Sequence record: OM362897.1 | Strand: one strand, 5' to 3' | From: Escherichia phage SKA64 | DNA: 64,000 nt | Shown: positions 37,446-48,045 of the stretch, in pieces | Layout of the letters: every line of letters begins with the position of its first letter | Numbering within the stretch: the stretch's first letter is position 1 | The notes under the pieces: generated by a model | Seen by the model: only the letters and a program-made list of their open reading frames with translations | What the model was told of the DNA's origin: nothing | The model's database searches: none | Program-made: the position numbers and the translations under genes

Positions 37446-37947
37446 ACGTAAACGTGGTGAACAAAGAACAAACTTGGCAGAAATCTTAGATTACAACATG
37501 GTTAATGATGTGACAAAAGAAATTCTCCCTGTTGTAGAAGATATTCTTCGTAGAGGGTTACGATTCTGCTCGGATCGGGTGCATTTCATGTGGACACATA
37601 AAAGTGACTCCTCTTTGAATTTTTATCCTTTAGACTATACTCTGAACAATACGGAGATGAAAGATATCAACAAATATTTAATGGGATATAAAGATATAAC
37701 CGAAACTGTTCTTGGAGAATTGGCAGAAATCTTGGCTAATGATATCCTTAGAAATATTAATAAGGCTCTTGACAGAAGCCCAGCAGGAGTAGTAGTATCT
37801 TTTGCTGTGCCAGATATGGTTAAATATGAGTCTACAATACCTAATAAAGCTTATGCCTTTCTTCGGAGAGACGTTCGTGGAAATGTGTTGGAGATGGAGT
37901 CAAACTACAAGATTGAGGAGGTTTTATGGCAGAGTTCGGATCAGTAA
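37435..37947 (+). CDS. hypothetical protein
   Basis: 170-aa ORF. Confidence 0.35.
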   Translation: MIPRRKRGEQRTNLAEILDYNMVNDVTKEILPVVEDILRRGLRFCSDRVHFMWTHKSDSSLNFYPLDYTLNNTEMKDINKYLMGYKDITETVLGELAEILANDILRNINKALDRSPAGVVVSFAVPDMVKYESTIPNKAYAFLRRDVRGNVLEMESNYKIEEVLWQSSDQ

Positions 37948-38199
37948 CAAGTTTTGAAAGTAACTTCGTTACCGCTTGGGAAGCTTGGGATGAAATGGGT
38001 GTTGGGGAACTTTATTTTTACAATGTAACACTACGTCCAGAGTATGCTTACCTGGTACCAGAAGGAACAGTTCAAATTGGCATGTATTTGTCTTCTCAAG
38101 ACGGTGTTGTTCAATTTGAGTTTTATTCTAACACAACGGACAACGAATTTACATACCGCGCATTTCATGTCAACATGTCTTTAGGAGAGGAGAAATTTT

Positions 38200-38397
38200 A
38201 TGACGACCAAGTTTAAAACAGTAGAAGAAGCCGTAAAAGCAGCTTATGAGGCTTTAGCGGAAGCAGAACAGTTAGCAGACGAGACTGGTGAAGGTTTCAG
38301 TTTCTCCCCTGAATATGGGATGGGTGGTTATTATGATCCAGAAGATGAAAATGAGAATACTGGAACAAATTGGCATCCATCTTCTTTAAGTTGTTAA
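38200..38397 (+). CDS. hypothetical small acidic protein, C-terminal W-H-x-SS-x-x-C motif
   Basis: Ends ...GTNWHPSSLSC. Confidence 0.35.
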   Translation: MTTKFKTVEEAVKAAYEALAEAEQLADETGEGFSFSPEYGMGGYYDPEDENENTGTNWHPSSLSC

Positions 38398-38635
38398 TAG
38401 GAGGTAAAGTGGGAATCGAAGATATCAAAGGTTATAAACCGCATACCGATGACAAAATTGGTAAAGTGAATGCTATTAAAGATGCTGAAGTTCGATTAGG
38501 ATTAATCTTTGATGCTCTAATGTCTGAATTGTGGGCTGAACTGGATGATTGTGAAGATTTGGAAGAGTCTACCAATATATCCACCCGCCTTGACCAAATT
38601 TCAATAGCAAAGACTAAGTTGAAAGAAGCTTCTAT

Positions 38636-38896
38636 GTGGGCCTGTCGTTCCGTTTTCCAACCAGAGGAGAAATACTAATGAGTTATCGTAATGTTGAAGA
38701 ATTAACTGAAAAAGCCCAAGCTATTATGGCTTTGGTGGACGAACTTACAAAAGAAGCTGAAGATGCTGGTTTTGGTCTTAGTTTAGAAGATGACGCAATC
38801 TGTTTTGAAGATTGGCAATCCTCTTCTTGTTATGGTGAAGGTGATGATGGTTTCGTTGTTAATTCTCAAGGCGTTTGGCACAGTAGTAGCTGTTAA
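38636..38896 (+). CDS. hypothetical small acidic protein, C-terminal GVWHSSSC
   Basis: Ends ...QGVWHSSSC. Paralog-like with the next ORF. Confidence 0.35.
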   Translation: MGLSFRFPTRGEILMSYRNVEELTEKAQAIMALVDELTKEAEDAGFGLSLEDDAICFEDWQSSSCYGEGDDGFVVNSQGVWHSSSC

Positions 38897-38905
38897 GGAG
38901 AGATT

Positions 38906-39178
38906 GTGGAGTCTGAAGGTGAACTGCTGATAAAAAAGAAAGTTAAAGAGATGGAACAAGCACAAAGAAAGTTTCGTAAGGAAATTGAAGAACTTTGTGA
39001 ACAGTTTCAGGAACAAGCTTGGATAGGTGACTACGGTAACGGAGAAACTTATTACCCTACAGGAACGCCAGCCGCAGATCACTATATTGATTTCATTTGT
39101 GAAGATTATGGTGTAGAGTTGGATGAAAATGGTTTAACCACAAGAGGTGTTTGGATCTCTTCTTCCTCAATGTGTTAG
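38906..39178 (+). CDS. hypothetical small acidic protein, C-terminal GVWISSSSMC
   Basis: Ends ...RGVWISSSSMC. Followed by terminator and promoter. Confidence 0.35.
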   Translation: MESEGELLIKKKVKEMEQAQRKFRKEIEELCEQFQEQAWIGDYGNGETYYPTGTPAADHYIDFICEDYGVELDENGLTTRGVWISSSSMC

Positions 39179-39188
39179 TAAATAATAA

Positions 39189-39208
39189 CCCGCTTCGGCG
39201 GGTTTTTT
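39189..39208 (+). terminator. rho-independent terminator
   Basis: CCCGC-TTCG-GCGGG followed by TTTTTT. Confidence 0.6.
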
Positions 39209-39209
39209 A

Positions 39210-39238
39210 TTGACAGGAATCTGGAAGCCTGATAAACT
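39210..39238 (+). promoter_or_regulatory. sigma70-like promoter
   Basis: TTGACA, 17-nt spacer, TAAACT. Confidence 0.45.
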
Positions 39239-39268
39239 TAACCTATCAACCAATAGAGGAGAAATATT

Positions 39269-40210
39269 ATGGTGTTAATTGGTAGCCGTGCATTACAAAT
39301 TCATGCTATGGACATGGGAAAAGACTTGTATCGCCCTTGTGTAGATTTAGATTACCTGTGTACAGAACAAGAGTGGGAAGAATTATCAAAAATGTTCTCT
39401 CAAGACGAGTTTGTTGAACTTGTAGAACGTAAAGGGAGCAAAGGCCATGTCAAAATGATAGCTGGTGCACATTTGGAATACGATATTGCTTCTCAAGGAG
39501 ATAGCACAGAAGCTTTGATTAGTTATTGTGAAGATTCTGATGATGTTCGTCGAACTTACGCTGGACATGTTGTTGCTCCTTTAGATGTGCTCTACCTTCT
39601 TAAAATGAGTCATCGTTTTAAAAAGGATAGTCCTCACTTCTTTAAAACTATGAAAGATATTCATTTCATGCGGTCACTGGGCGCAAAGATCCCAGAAAAT
39701 CTTAAGAGTATTTATGAGTTGCGTGAGAAAGAAACATACACTTACTCTCATCCGAACTTAAACGTAAAAAGTAAAGAGTTCTTTAAAGGTGACGAGGTTC
39801 CGTATGTTTATGATCATGATTCTATCCATGAAGCAATCGCGTTAATGGATGCTCCAGCATATAAATCTTATATGAAAGATGGAAGTGAAGTTATGACCAG
39901 CAAAGAAAAGTTTTTTGCTCAACCAAAACATGTGCGGCTGTTAGGTGTTTATGAAGAAGCGTGTGTTTTGGCTTTGGAACGTTCACAAATTCCTTTCGGT
40001 GAAGAGATCGGAGGTCCAACCCCTAAGCAAAGTTTTATAATGGCTTTATCTAAAGTCTGCACATCCATCACTAGTGGTTGGTTTAGGGAATATGCTTGGG
40101 AAAACTTTTATGTTGTTATTAAGCTATATGAAAACATGGGCGAAAACGACTATGTTGAACGTTTTAAAGCTAATCAACATGTAGTAAAGCCTTTTGAAGG
40201 AGGTTATTAA
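39269..40210 (+). CDS. hypothetical protein
   Basis: 313-aa ORF. Confidence 0.4.
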   Translation: MVLIGSRALQIHAMDMGKDLYRPCVDLDYLCTEQEWEELSKMFSQDEFVELVERKGSKGHVKMIAGAHLEYDIASQGDSTEALISYCEDSDDVRRTYAGHVVAPLDVLYLLKMSHRFKKDSPHFFKTMKDIHFMRSLGAKIPENLKSIYELREKETYTYSHPNLNVKSKEFFKGDEVPYVYDHDSIHEAIALMDAPAYKSYMKDGSEVMTSKEKFFAQPKHVRLLGVYEEACVLALERSQIPFGEEIGGPTPKQSFIMALSKVCTSITSGWFREYAWENFYVVIKLYENMGENDYVERFKANQHVVKPFEGGY

Positions 40211-40607
40211 TATGTGTGGATATCTTTCAGAAAGTTATTTCAAAGTGACGCATGAGGATTTAGAAAAAGCACGATTGAAACTGACAGCTATTATTGAATA
40301 CTCTAATACTGTTGAACACAGATTAAAGACTACTAAAGTATCTGTTCCTTGTTGGTTAGGTTTACGGCATAAAATAATGTCTCAACATGACCATGTTGTT
40401 CGAGAGATGCATGGTTGGTGTTGGTTTCACGATGTGGCTCTGCATTTTGGTTATATTACAGAAGAAGAGCATAGATTCTGTGAACTAACATATCGTATTC
40501 CAACCCTTCACGATTTAGATTTGTGGAAGAAAGCAAACGAGATTTTTCTTACAGAAAGTGATTGGCGTAAAGTTATGGCTTGTCTTGAATGGAGGGGTAA
40601 TGAGTAA
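40194..40607 (+). CDS. hypothetical protein
   Basis: 137-aa ORF. Confidence 0.35.
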   Translation: MKEVINMCGYLSESYFKVTHEDLEKARLKLTAIIEYSNTVEHRLKTTKVSVPCWLGLRHKIMSQHDHVVREMHGWCWFHDVALHFGYITEEEHRFCELTYRIPTLHDLDLWKKANEIFLTESDWRKVMACLEWRGNE

Positions 40608-41283
40608 AACAGTTTTGTCTATGTTTGACGGATCTGGGATCATGGTGTTACGTTATGCCGAAGCAGGTCACAAGTGTTTTTGTGTAAACGCTGATGAAGG
40701 GGATCACGGTAAATACGAGGTTAGGATGGAGCACCCAAACATAACCTATGTGAATGCCTGGATAGATTCTACATTCAACCCTGAAGATCATGGGATACCT
40801 AAACCCGATATTATTTTTGGATTTCCACCTTGTACTATGTTAGCAGGTAGTGGTAGCAAACACGAACGTAGCACAGAGGAATTAGATGAAGCTTTAGCTA
40901 ATATTCGTGTAGTGGAAGCTTTGGGTAACAAATATAATGTTCCTTGGATGATTGAGAACCCAGTAGGTAAACTTTCAACCTTATGGCGTAAACCCGATTT
41001 TTACTTTGATCCTTATGAATATGGTGGGTATTTGTTTGAAGAGGAAGGAAGCTTTCATCCTAAAATGCCTACCCGTGATGGGTATACAAAGAAAACTTGT
41101 ATTTGGCACGGCAATGGTTTTGTTCAACCAGTGAAGAAACCAGTAGATCATATAGGCTGCTTCTGGGGTTGGAAAAGCTTAGGTGGAGCTAGTGCAAAAA
41201 CAAAACAACTTAGATCCCTAACCGCACGTGGTTTTGCTCGTGCCGTGTTTTTGTCTAACAATCTTCTAGATAAGGAGAAATAA
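40600..41283 (+). CDS. DNA cytosine-C5 methyltransferase-like protein (compact)
   Basis: LSMFDGSG (motif I-like), GFPPCT (PC motif), WMIENPVG (ENV-like). ATG 40600 after ggagggg. Confidence 0.45.
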   Translation: MSKTVLSMFDGSGIMVLRYAEAGHKCFCVNADEGDHGKYEVRMEHPNITYVNAWIDSTFNPEDHGIPKPDIIFGFPPCTMLAGSGSKHERSTEELDEALANIRVVEALGNKYNVPWMIENPVGKLSTLWRKPDFYFDPYEYGGYLFEEEGSFHPKMPTRDGYTKKTCIWHGNGFVQPVKKPVDHIGCFWGWKSLGGASAKTKQLRSLTARGFARAVFLSNNLLDKEK

Positions 41284-41933
41284 TGTCAAATTCAAAACCA
41301 GTAGTTGCTTATCAAGTAGATCGTAATGATGGTGAAGGAAGTGTTGTTATTTTCAGTACACACGGTCTTGAGGCTCGTCGAAAAGGTGCATATCGTTTAG
41401 AATGTGAGTTTGAAGACTGCACAAGCCACCGTGTGAAACAATTCGATCAATATGCTGATAAAGGCTTCGTCCCTATCAAAGCCTTACTGGAAGATGGTTG
41501 GTGGGTATATTCTGCTTTTGATGGTGTTAGACTCGACGAACCTGTAGGAGGTCTTGAGGCAGATTTTGACGAATGCGAAGATGGCTTGTATATTGAAGAG
41601 GATCTTGTATTTTCCCTTGACGAGAAAAGCGTGTGGAAGAACTGGGAAGAAATGGAACGTCACGCGCATTTTATCAACAATGCTTTGATTCGTAAAGCTT
41701 GGTTTATGGAGGCGGTGAAGGTAGCGTATCCGCAGTTCACCTTTACAGAGGTTTGGGGCGGTCCACACCACATCACCCATACAGCATTTTTCGACTTCCC
41801 TGGTTCACGTTACAAAGGTAATATAATGTGGGACTGGGATGAGAATAAAGTACCATCTGTTAAAGACTTTCGTTGTTATGTTTGCCAAGGCGATCAAGAA
41901 GCCCTTGACAAATACCTACAAAGTCTGGTATAG
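41283..41933 (+). CDS. hypothetical protein
   Basis: 216-aa ORF. Confidence 0.35.
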   Translation: MSNSKPVVAYQVDRNDGEGSVVIFSTHGLEARRKGAYRLECEFEDCTSHRVKQFDQYADKGFVPIKALLEDGWWVYSAFDGVRLDEPVGGLEADFDECEDGLYIEEDLVFSLDEKSVWKNWEEMERHAHFINNALIRKAWFMEAVKVAYPQFTFTEVWGGPHHITHTAFFDFPGSRYKGNIMWDWDENKVPSVKDFRCYVCQGDQEALDKYLQSLV

Positions 41934-41949
41934 TGCCAGCATCTGAACA

Positions 41950-41979
41950 AAGCCTCCTGTTTCAGGGGGCTTTTCTTTT
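41950..41979 (+). terminator. rho-independent terminator
   Basis: AGCCTCCTG-TTTC-AGGGGGCT followed by a T-rich run. Confidence 0.55.
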
Positions 41980-42483
41980 ATGGGAGGAAATATGTTTCAA
42001 GTAGAAATTCATGTGCACAACAGTTGTTCAAATTGCGAGACTTGTGGTTACAATAGTTCAACCATGATCACTATTAGCGGAGACTTAGGAGATGCCAAGT
42101 TTGGCGAAGTCGCAAGCTGCTTCAGCGGAGAGGATGCAGATTGGCATGATATTGCACACTGGTTGGTGAGCAAACTAAAAGAAAAAGAGAAACCATTTCC
42201 TACTCTGCTTGATCGTTCTCTTGTGGAAGATGCAGGTAAAGCATATGCAGACTATGCGTATGCAGACGGGAAATATTTGGAAGATGATAAGGCTAACCAT
42301 TTGCTTTATGTTTACTATGAAGCTGAATCTGCCTACGATAATTATTACAGCATGTCCAACATTCTACGTTTGTTTGCGGAGTTTGATATTTACTTTGAAG
42401 TGAGTTATTCTCAAGACGAAGTGTACGATTTGGATGACGAAGATTATGATGATTATGAGGAGGAAGAATGCCAAGACGATTAA
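41980..42483 (+). CDS. hypothetical acidic protein with CxxC pair
   Basis: 167-aa ORF, CSNCETCG near the N-terminus, very acidic C-terminus. Confidence 0.35.
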   Translation: MGGNMFQVEIHVHNSCSNCETCGYNSSTMITISGDLGDAKFGEVASCFSGEDADWHDIAHWLVSKLKEKEKPFPTLLDRSLVEDAGKAYADYAYADGKYLEDDKANHLLYVYYEAESAYDNYYSMSNILRLFAEFDIYFEVSYSQDEVYDLDDEDYDDYEEEECQDD

Positions 42484-43268
42484 TAGTGATCAGCGGCGCG
42501 GGTCTAAGCGCCGATAGCGGTGTACGTACTTTCCGCACTGACACAGAAAGTGGCAAAGCTTTGTGGGATGAATACGACCTTTCTGAAGTGTGCGACATTT
42601 TCAACTTCCGTGCTGGATACCAACAAGAACAGTGTGTTCCTGGGGCTGTTGGCGGATTAGATGCAGAGGGATACAACCTCTACCGTAAAACTCATGACTT
42701 CTACAATAAACGTCGCGTAGAGATGGATAGTGTAACTCCTAACGCTGCGCATTACCAGATCGCGGAATGGTTCCAAGAGTACGGCTGTGATCGTGTTATC
42801 AACATCACGACAAACGTAGATGATCTTCTGGAACAAGCAGGTGTTGTTCATGAAGATGTTCTACATGTTCACGGCTTCCTGCCTGAAGTGATCGTAGACA
42901 ATAGAATCATCAAAGATGTTGGCTATGCTGCTATCGATGTGGATGATTACAAGTATGTGAAGCCCAATGTAGTGTTCTTTGGGGAGACTGCCCCATTGTA
43001 TAACGATATGTACCACATCTTAGACGGCTTGACGGCTCAAGATATGGTGATTGTAGTGGGTTGCTCTAATCAAGTTATCAATTTTAACTGGGAGCTTTTT
43101 CCTGCTCTTAACATCGGAACAAAAATGGTTGTAGTTAACCCTGGAGTTAATTACGAAGAAACACTTCTCTATGAAGATCGTGGAGTTTTTGTTTACCGAG
43201 AAAAAGCTGCAACAGCCTTCAGCAATGAAGGTTTCATTAAAATGGTCGAAGACCACTTAAACAAATAA
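42468..43268 (+). CDS. Sir2-like (sirtuin family) NAD-dependent protein
   Basis: ISGAGLSADSGVRTFR near the N-terminus resembles the sirtuin NAD-binding signature. Confidence 0.55.
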   Translation: MPRRLIVISGAGLSADSGVRTFRTDTESGKALWDEYDLSEVCDIFNFRAGYQQEQCVPGAVGGLDAEGYNLYRKTHDFYNKRRVEMDSVTPNAAHYQIAEWFQEYGCDRVINITTNVDDLLEQAGVVHEDVLHVHGFLPEVIVDNRIIKDVGYAAIDVDDYKYVKPNVVFFGETAPLYNDMYHILDGLTAQDMVIVVGCSNQVINFNWELFPALNIGTKMVVVNPGVNYEETLLYEDRGVFVYREKAATAFSNEGFIKMVEDHLNK

Positions 43269-43277
43269 ACCACTCAA

Positions 43278-43300
43278 GGGGCTTCGGCCCCTTTCTTATT
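43278..43300 (+). terminator. rho-independent terminator
   Basis: GGGGC-TTCG-GCCCC followed by TTTCTTATT. Confidence 0.55.
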
Positions 43301-43311
43301 AGGAGAATAAA

Positions 43312-43584
43312 ATGACTGAAGAAATCCGTGATTACTACCTTGCACATTACGTTTACTACTTTGCCAATGCTACACAAAAAGGGGAAGGTAATCTTTACTT
43401 GGCAACAGGGCATGGAACAGGCGTTAGGAAATCAAATATTGATAACGCCTTGGCTCAAGTGGCTGCTGGGCTAGAAGATAAACTTCAAACACCTGTAGTT
43501 GTAGTGATGCAAAACATAAGTTACCTAGCAAGCTGTACTGAAACCGAATTTAACGCGTCTGAAACGCAATCTAACGAAGAATAA
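43312..43584 (+). CDS. hypothetical protein (last gene of the plus-strand block)
   Basis: 90-aa ORF followed by a strong terminator. Confidence 0.35.
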   Translation: MTEEIRDYYLAHYVYYFANATQKGEGNLYLATGHGTGVRKSNIDNALAQVAAGLEDKLQTPVVVVMQNISYLASCTETEFNASETQSNEE

Positions 43585-43587
43585 AAC

Positions 43588-43619
43588 AAAGGCACCCAAG
43601 TGGGTGCCTTTTCTATTTT
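43588..43619 (+). terminator. rho-independent terminator at the convergence point
   Basis: AAAGGCACCC-AAGT-GGGTGCCTTT followed by TCTATTTT. Strand switch occurs here. Confidence 0.6.
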
Positions 43620-43975
43620 AGAGCGTCTCTGTTCGATTTAGGTGGGTTCTAGCTTACTTGTGCAGTGCTCTCTCGTATAACTCAATGATCAATTCATCCT
43701 CTACTGTAATACGCGCCATTTGATCCGTCTTGAGTATTGTTGGTTGGTAGTGGTGCATTTCACTATTGATACTACAATCCCATTCGTCATAACCTAAATA
43801 CTCTCCTACATGGACCTTAACCATAAAGGGAAACGGGTTATCTACCAAAAATGCCATACAACCTTCTTCGATTTTATTTAACACACGACCTCCTATTGCT
43901 ACAGATATGAAAAAACCCGCCGAAGCGGGTTCTATTGCTACGATAGGATCACTATCCTATAGTATTGTTTCTGTG

Positions 43976-44257
43976 TCAAGCCTTAGCGTAGAAAAACTTC
44001 TCATATTCAGATTTTGTTACGATTGTGGGGCAACCTTTTGTTCCATCCTCGATAACAGGGGCTTCTACCATTCTGGTGTTGAATAAGCAATAAGTTCCAC
44101 GCATGTAAATACCCAGTTTTGTTTCTACGATGTGCTCTTTACTTACGCTTGAAAACTTAATCTCACCATCGGAGTCTCTTATAGCAATAAGCGCATGTTC
44201 GGGCCAATCTTTTCCTTTTGCTCCTAAAGCATTATACAATTCTTGAACGAGTTCCAT
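43976..44257 (-). CDS. hypothetical protein
   Basis: 93-aa ORF. Confidence 0.3.
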   Translation of the reverse strand: MELVQELYNALGAKGKDWPEHALIAIRDSDGEIKFSSVSKEHIVETKLGIYMRGTYCLFNTRMVEAPVIEDGTKGCPTIVTKSEYEKFFYAKA

Positions 44258-44606
44258 ATGACCTCCTTATTAAATAACAAATTTTTCTTCTTCTGGCTTA
44301 TCGTAATCTGGAGAATAAACATGTGCGGGATTAAAACCTTTAAAATTTCCGCGACCTTTACGTGGACAGTTGAATGTGCGAGCTTGATGATCCCCAAAAG
44401 ATTTCCCACAATGCATACATTTAAAATCAGTGCGTTTAGTCATGCCATATCTCCTTTTAAAAGGCTGCACCTATTGAAGATGCAGCTTTGATAGATTATT
44501 TAGATGAGTCTAAAATGTCTTTTACTTTTGCCGTGATAACGTCTTGATATTTGTTAATAAGATAGCCTACAACTACACCTACGATAAATGAAACCATTAT
44601 TTCTCC

Positions 44607-45215
44607 TTATTTAAGTGGTGAGAGAACAATCTCTCGGTTTTTTAAGAACCAAAGCATGTCATCTTGATCATAGTCTGATCCCTCTGTAGTAGAATTTTTG
44701 ATAGAATCAAAAAACCAACGAGGTATACCAAAACAACTTCCAGATGACTGCATGTCTTTCTGCGACATTTTAAATGTGATTGGAAAATCACAATTATCAA
44801 TCTCTCGTATATCTGCTGAAGATAAGATTGTAACTTCAACCAGTTCGTCGTTAGATGTAGTATCGTTGTCTTCCTGAATAATGTCAAATGCTTTTTGCAC
44901 ATCTTTTGCATCTAATGTTAAACCTGTGGCTTTCTGAAAAGCCGAAACAAAAATTAGAGCTTCTTCAGAGCAAGGGGCTTCCAGCAAATGAGCCATAATA
45001 GGTGACAAGCAAATGTTAAGATCTTTGTCATACCAACGAACAATCCACACAGGCGTTGCTCCGTTTTGTTTGTCACGAGCCAAAATTGTAACGTGCTGAC
45101 CTTCTTCTGGTATATGATACAAACCAGAAAAACCAGGGCCTGTAGTAGATTTTTTGACACGTGCTACGTGTCCCACTTCTAAAGGATCTTTACCATCCCA
45201 AATCTTCTCTTCCAT
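44607..45215 (-). CDS. hypothetical protein
   Basis: 202-aa ORF. Confidence 0.4.
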   Translation of the reverse strand: MEEKIWDGKDPLEVGHVARVKKSTTGPGFSGLYHIPEEGQHVTILARDKQNGATPVWIVRWYDKDLNICLSPIMAHLLEAPCSEEALIFVSAFQKATGLTLDAKDVQKAFDIIQEDNDTTSNDELVEVTILSSADIREIDNCDFPITFKMSQKDMQSSGSCFGIPRWFFDSIKNSTTEGSDYDQDDMLWFLKNREIVLSPLK

Positions 45216-45647
45216 ATAACCTCCTAAATAACATCTTTGAAATAGTGAATCACTTCAATATTATGGTACAAAGTGCTTCGCTCTTTTGTGTACTCTGTTT
45301 TAGTAACAAACACTTTTGCAATACCGTACTTATGTGCTGGTAGGTTTGGATTGGTTTGCATAATTTCTTTCACTACACTTATAGTTTCGTGCTCGGATTC
45401 CCAATAAGTGAAGTAACCCTCACTATCAACGATTAAAGACTCGTTTTCAAGATCTACAAAACAGAAAAATATTGACGGATGGCTCATTCTTTTTCTTCAA
45501 CCTTCCTCAAAGCTTTTTGATCGAATATAGCGTGTTGCAACTCGCCGTTTTCATCAAACCAAGTTACTTTACAAGATTCACCATAACTTTCTATTACTGT
45601 CATTTGTTTGTTTGCACCTTTAAGACAAACCACATCACCTACTTGCA

Positions 45648-46097
45648 TCATGATTGAGTTCCTTTTTGTTTTTCAATAGCTGCACGAATTTCTGCTAAAG
45701 GCTCTGCTACCAGATCTTCAACTTCTTGGATTTGTTCATTCATTACGTCACGAACCATTTGAATCCGCTCTTCAAGGGAAACAGCAAGTTCATCTGCATA
45801 AGCCATATTAAGAACGTGGTAGAAATTTTCTTGTGCACTTAAAGCACCAGATAACAAATAATCCTGATCTTCCTCTGGTAAAAGCATGTGTTGCTCATAT
45901 TCAGCAAAAGTGTTTTTGTTAATCTCAAGCAAAGCACCCATCATAACATCATACTGATAATCTTTATGACCAGGGTTGTTTAAAATAACATCTTCAAAGA
46001 TATTAAGAAGAATCTTAGTAACAAAAGCATTGTTTTCGGCACCTTCCATCTGACGGATTACCGTGATTACTTCTTTTTCTTTAGCGTTTTGGCTCAT
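45648..46097 (-). CDS. hypothetical protein
   Basis: 149-aa ORF. Confidence 0.35.
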   Translation of the reverse strand: MSQNAKEKEVITVIRQMEGAENNAFVTKILLNIFEDVILNNPGHKDYQYDVMMGALLEINKNTFAEYEQHMLLPEEDQDYLLSGALSAQENFYHVLNMAYADELAVSLEERIQMVRDVMNEQIQEVEDLVAEPLAEIRAAIEKQKGTQS

Positions 46098-47291
46098 AGT
46101 GTTTCTCCTCTGATTCTATTTGGATATAACCTGTGGTTTTGCACGGGTTACACTCGTAAATTTGACCTACATCCGCCATAACATATCCTGCACCACCACA
46201 ATAGGGGCAAGACATAGGAGGACAAGGTATGGACGTAGTGATTGTTACGACATTATCAATTTTCAACATTTTCGCCATTATTACCATTCCGCTATTAACG
46301 TCAAACCAAGTGCATCGTTAAAACGCTCAACATTTGAGTATAGGTATGGAGGGGTTATTTGCTCTAAAATTTGTGCTGCTTCCACTTGGTGCTCTATGTT
46401 TTGAGAAGTTCGGGCATAAACTAAGACACCCATTTTATTCAAAATAAAAACAGAATCAGACCCATCCAGCTTATCAACGGCTGCATACATTTTAGTCATA
46501 TCTTCTCCTGGATTACCATTCAGCAACAAGACTAGGATTCATAGCAAAAGCTTTGAAAGTTGTTATATCATGACTAACATTAAAACTAACACCTTTTACT
46601 TTCTCTAGTATTTGAACTTTCGTCTCTCCGTCCCACGGTAGGATGATAACACCATCTTCTGTGATCAACCACCAATGGTTCTCTCCATCTCGTGAATCTT
46701 TTGCTTTGTATAGAAAATTGGAACTCATTCTTCCTCCTGTTCGGTATTATTCACTTGTGAGACACAATGTAACACAAGCTTTGTGAGTTTGTCAAGGATC
46801 TAATTACATTCTACAGAAGAAGAGGGTTAATAACTATAGGAATAGTCTTACTATAGGTGCAATACTAGTTAAGAGTTAGATTGATAGGTAAGATTTATCT
46901 TAAACAGATAATTGATAGGTGAATCAGCATTGACTTTTTCAAAAAAATATGGTACCCTAAACATATGTTTACGAGCGATAGCGAGTAGTAGATTTCTATA
47001 TAATAATGTTTCATGTTACTCACGATAGTGAGGTATGAAACGTAAGTGAAGGTAGATAAACTATGATCATCTATCTACCATCTATTAATCAATATAGATC
47101 TAATGTTAGACTAACAGTTATCCAACAAACAATAGCAGTCCATATAACAAGTAATGATCTACAAACTACATCCCATTCAAATACATTGTATGTTAACCAT
47201 TCTCCCATCACAACAGAAGAACCCAACCAACATCCAACAACAACTATAATCCAATAAAAGAATCCTACAGTAGAGTATACAGCAAAAGCTT

Positions 47292-47711
47292 TTAACATCT
47301 TTCCTCCAGAAGTTGTTCAACAGTTTGACGAGTATGATTGTCCCAGTAAACCTTAGTGAAGTCAAGAGTTCCTTGTTCGTTTCTCTTAGTTTCGAAGAAG
47401 TATCCACCTTCTCTTTCTACTCTGTCTCTAATGTGCTCTATGAGATGCTTTTTACAAGGCGCTGATAAACAATAGTCATACTCCCCACGAAGCAATGCTA
47501 TAGCTGCAAGTCTGTTATCCCCAACTTGAGATATTGTCCAAGAAAGCATACTACCTTCTATACCTAAAGGTGTTTGTTTAATTGAATATCCACCATACCG
47601 ACTGATAGAAATTATGGCAAGTGGTTCTCCTGTTAGAGATCTTCCTAATGCACCTTCTGTTGGACTTCCTTCAACAATACGTTTGAAAAAAGCTTTGATC
47701 TTACCTAACAT
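47292..47711 (-). CDS. hypothetical protein
   Basis: 139-aa ORF. Confidence 0.35.
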   Translation of the reverse strand: MLGKIKAFFKRIVEGSPTEGALGRSLTGEPLAIISISRYGGYSIKQTPLGIEGSMLSWTISQVGDNRLAAIALLRGEYDYCLSAPCKKHLIEHIRDRVEREGGYFFETKRNEQGTLDFTKVYWDNHTRQTVEQLLEERC

Positions 47712-48045
47712 AAGTCCCCCTTAAAAATTTACTTGTTTAAAGTATCTCTTACTTGTTCTGCTTGACGTTTAGTAATAAAAGTCCCAACCGAAACGTTAAA
47801 CTCATTGACTACAGAGAACGATCCATCACGGTTCTCACGAATATTAAACAATTTCTTACTCATTTCTACCTCCTTCAATGCTTTGTGCCGTACCATCCCA
47901 AGCCATTAGAATGTTTTCCAATAGTTCACGAGGCTCTTTAAACCAAACTTCCATTTCATCAAGAATCTCGTCCGTGTCGTAAGTATAACCTGGAACACCA
48001 AGTTCACATTTCTTAAGATAGCTTTCTAACCAGCGGTGATAATTC

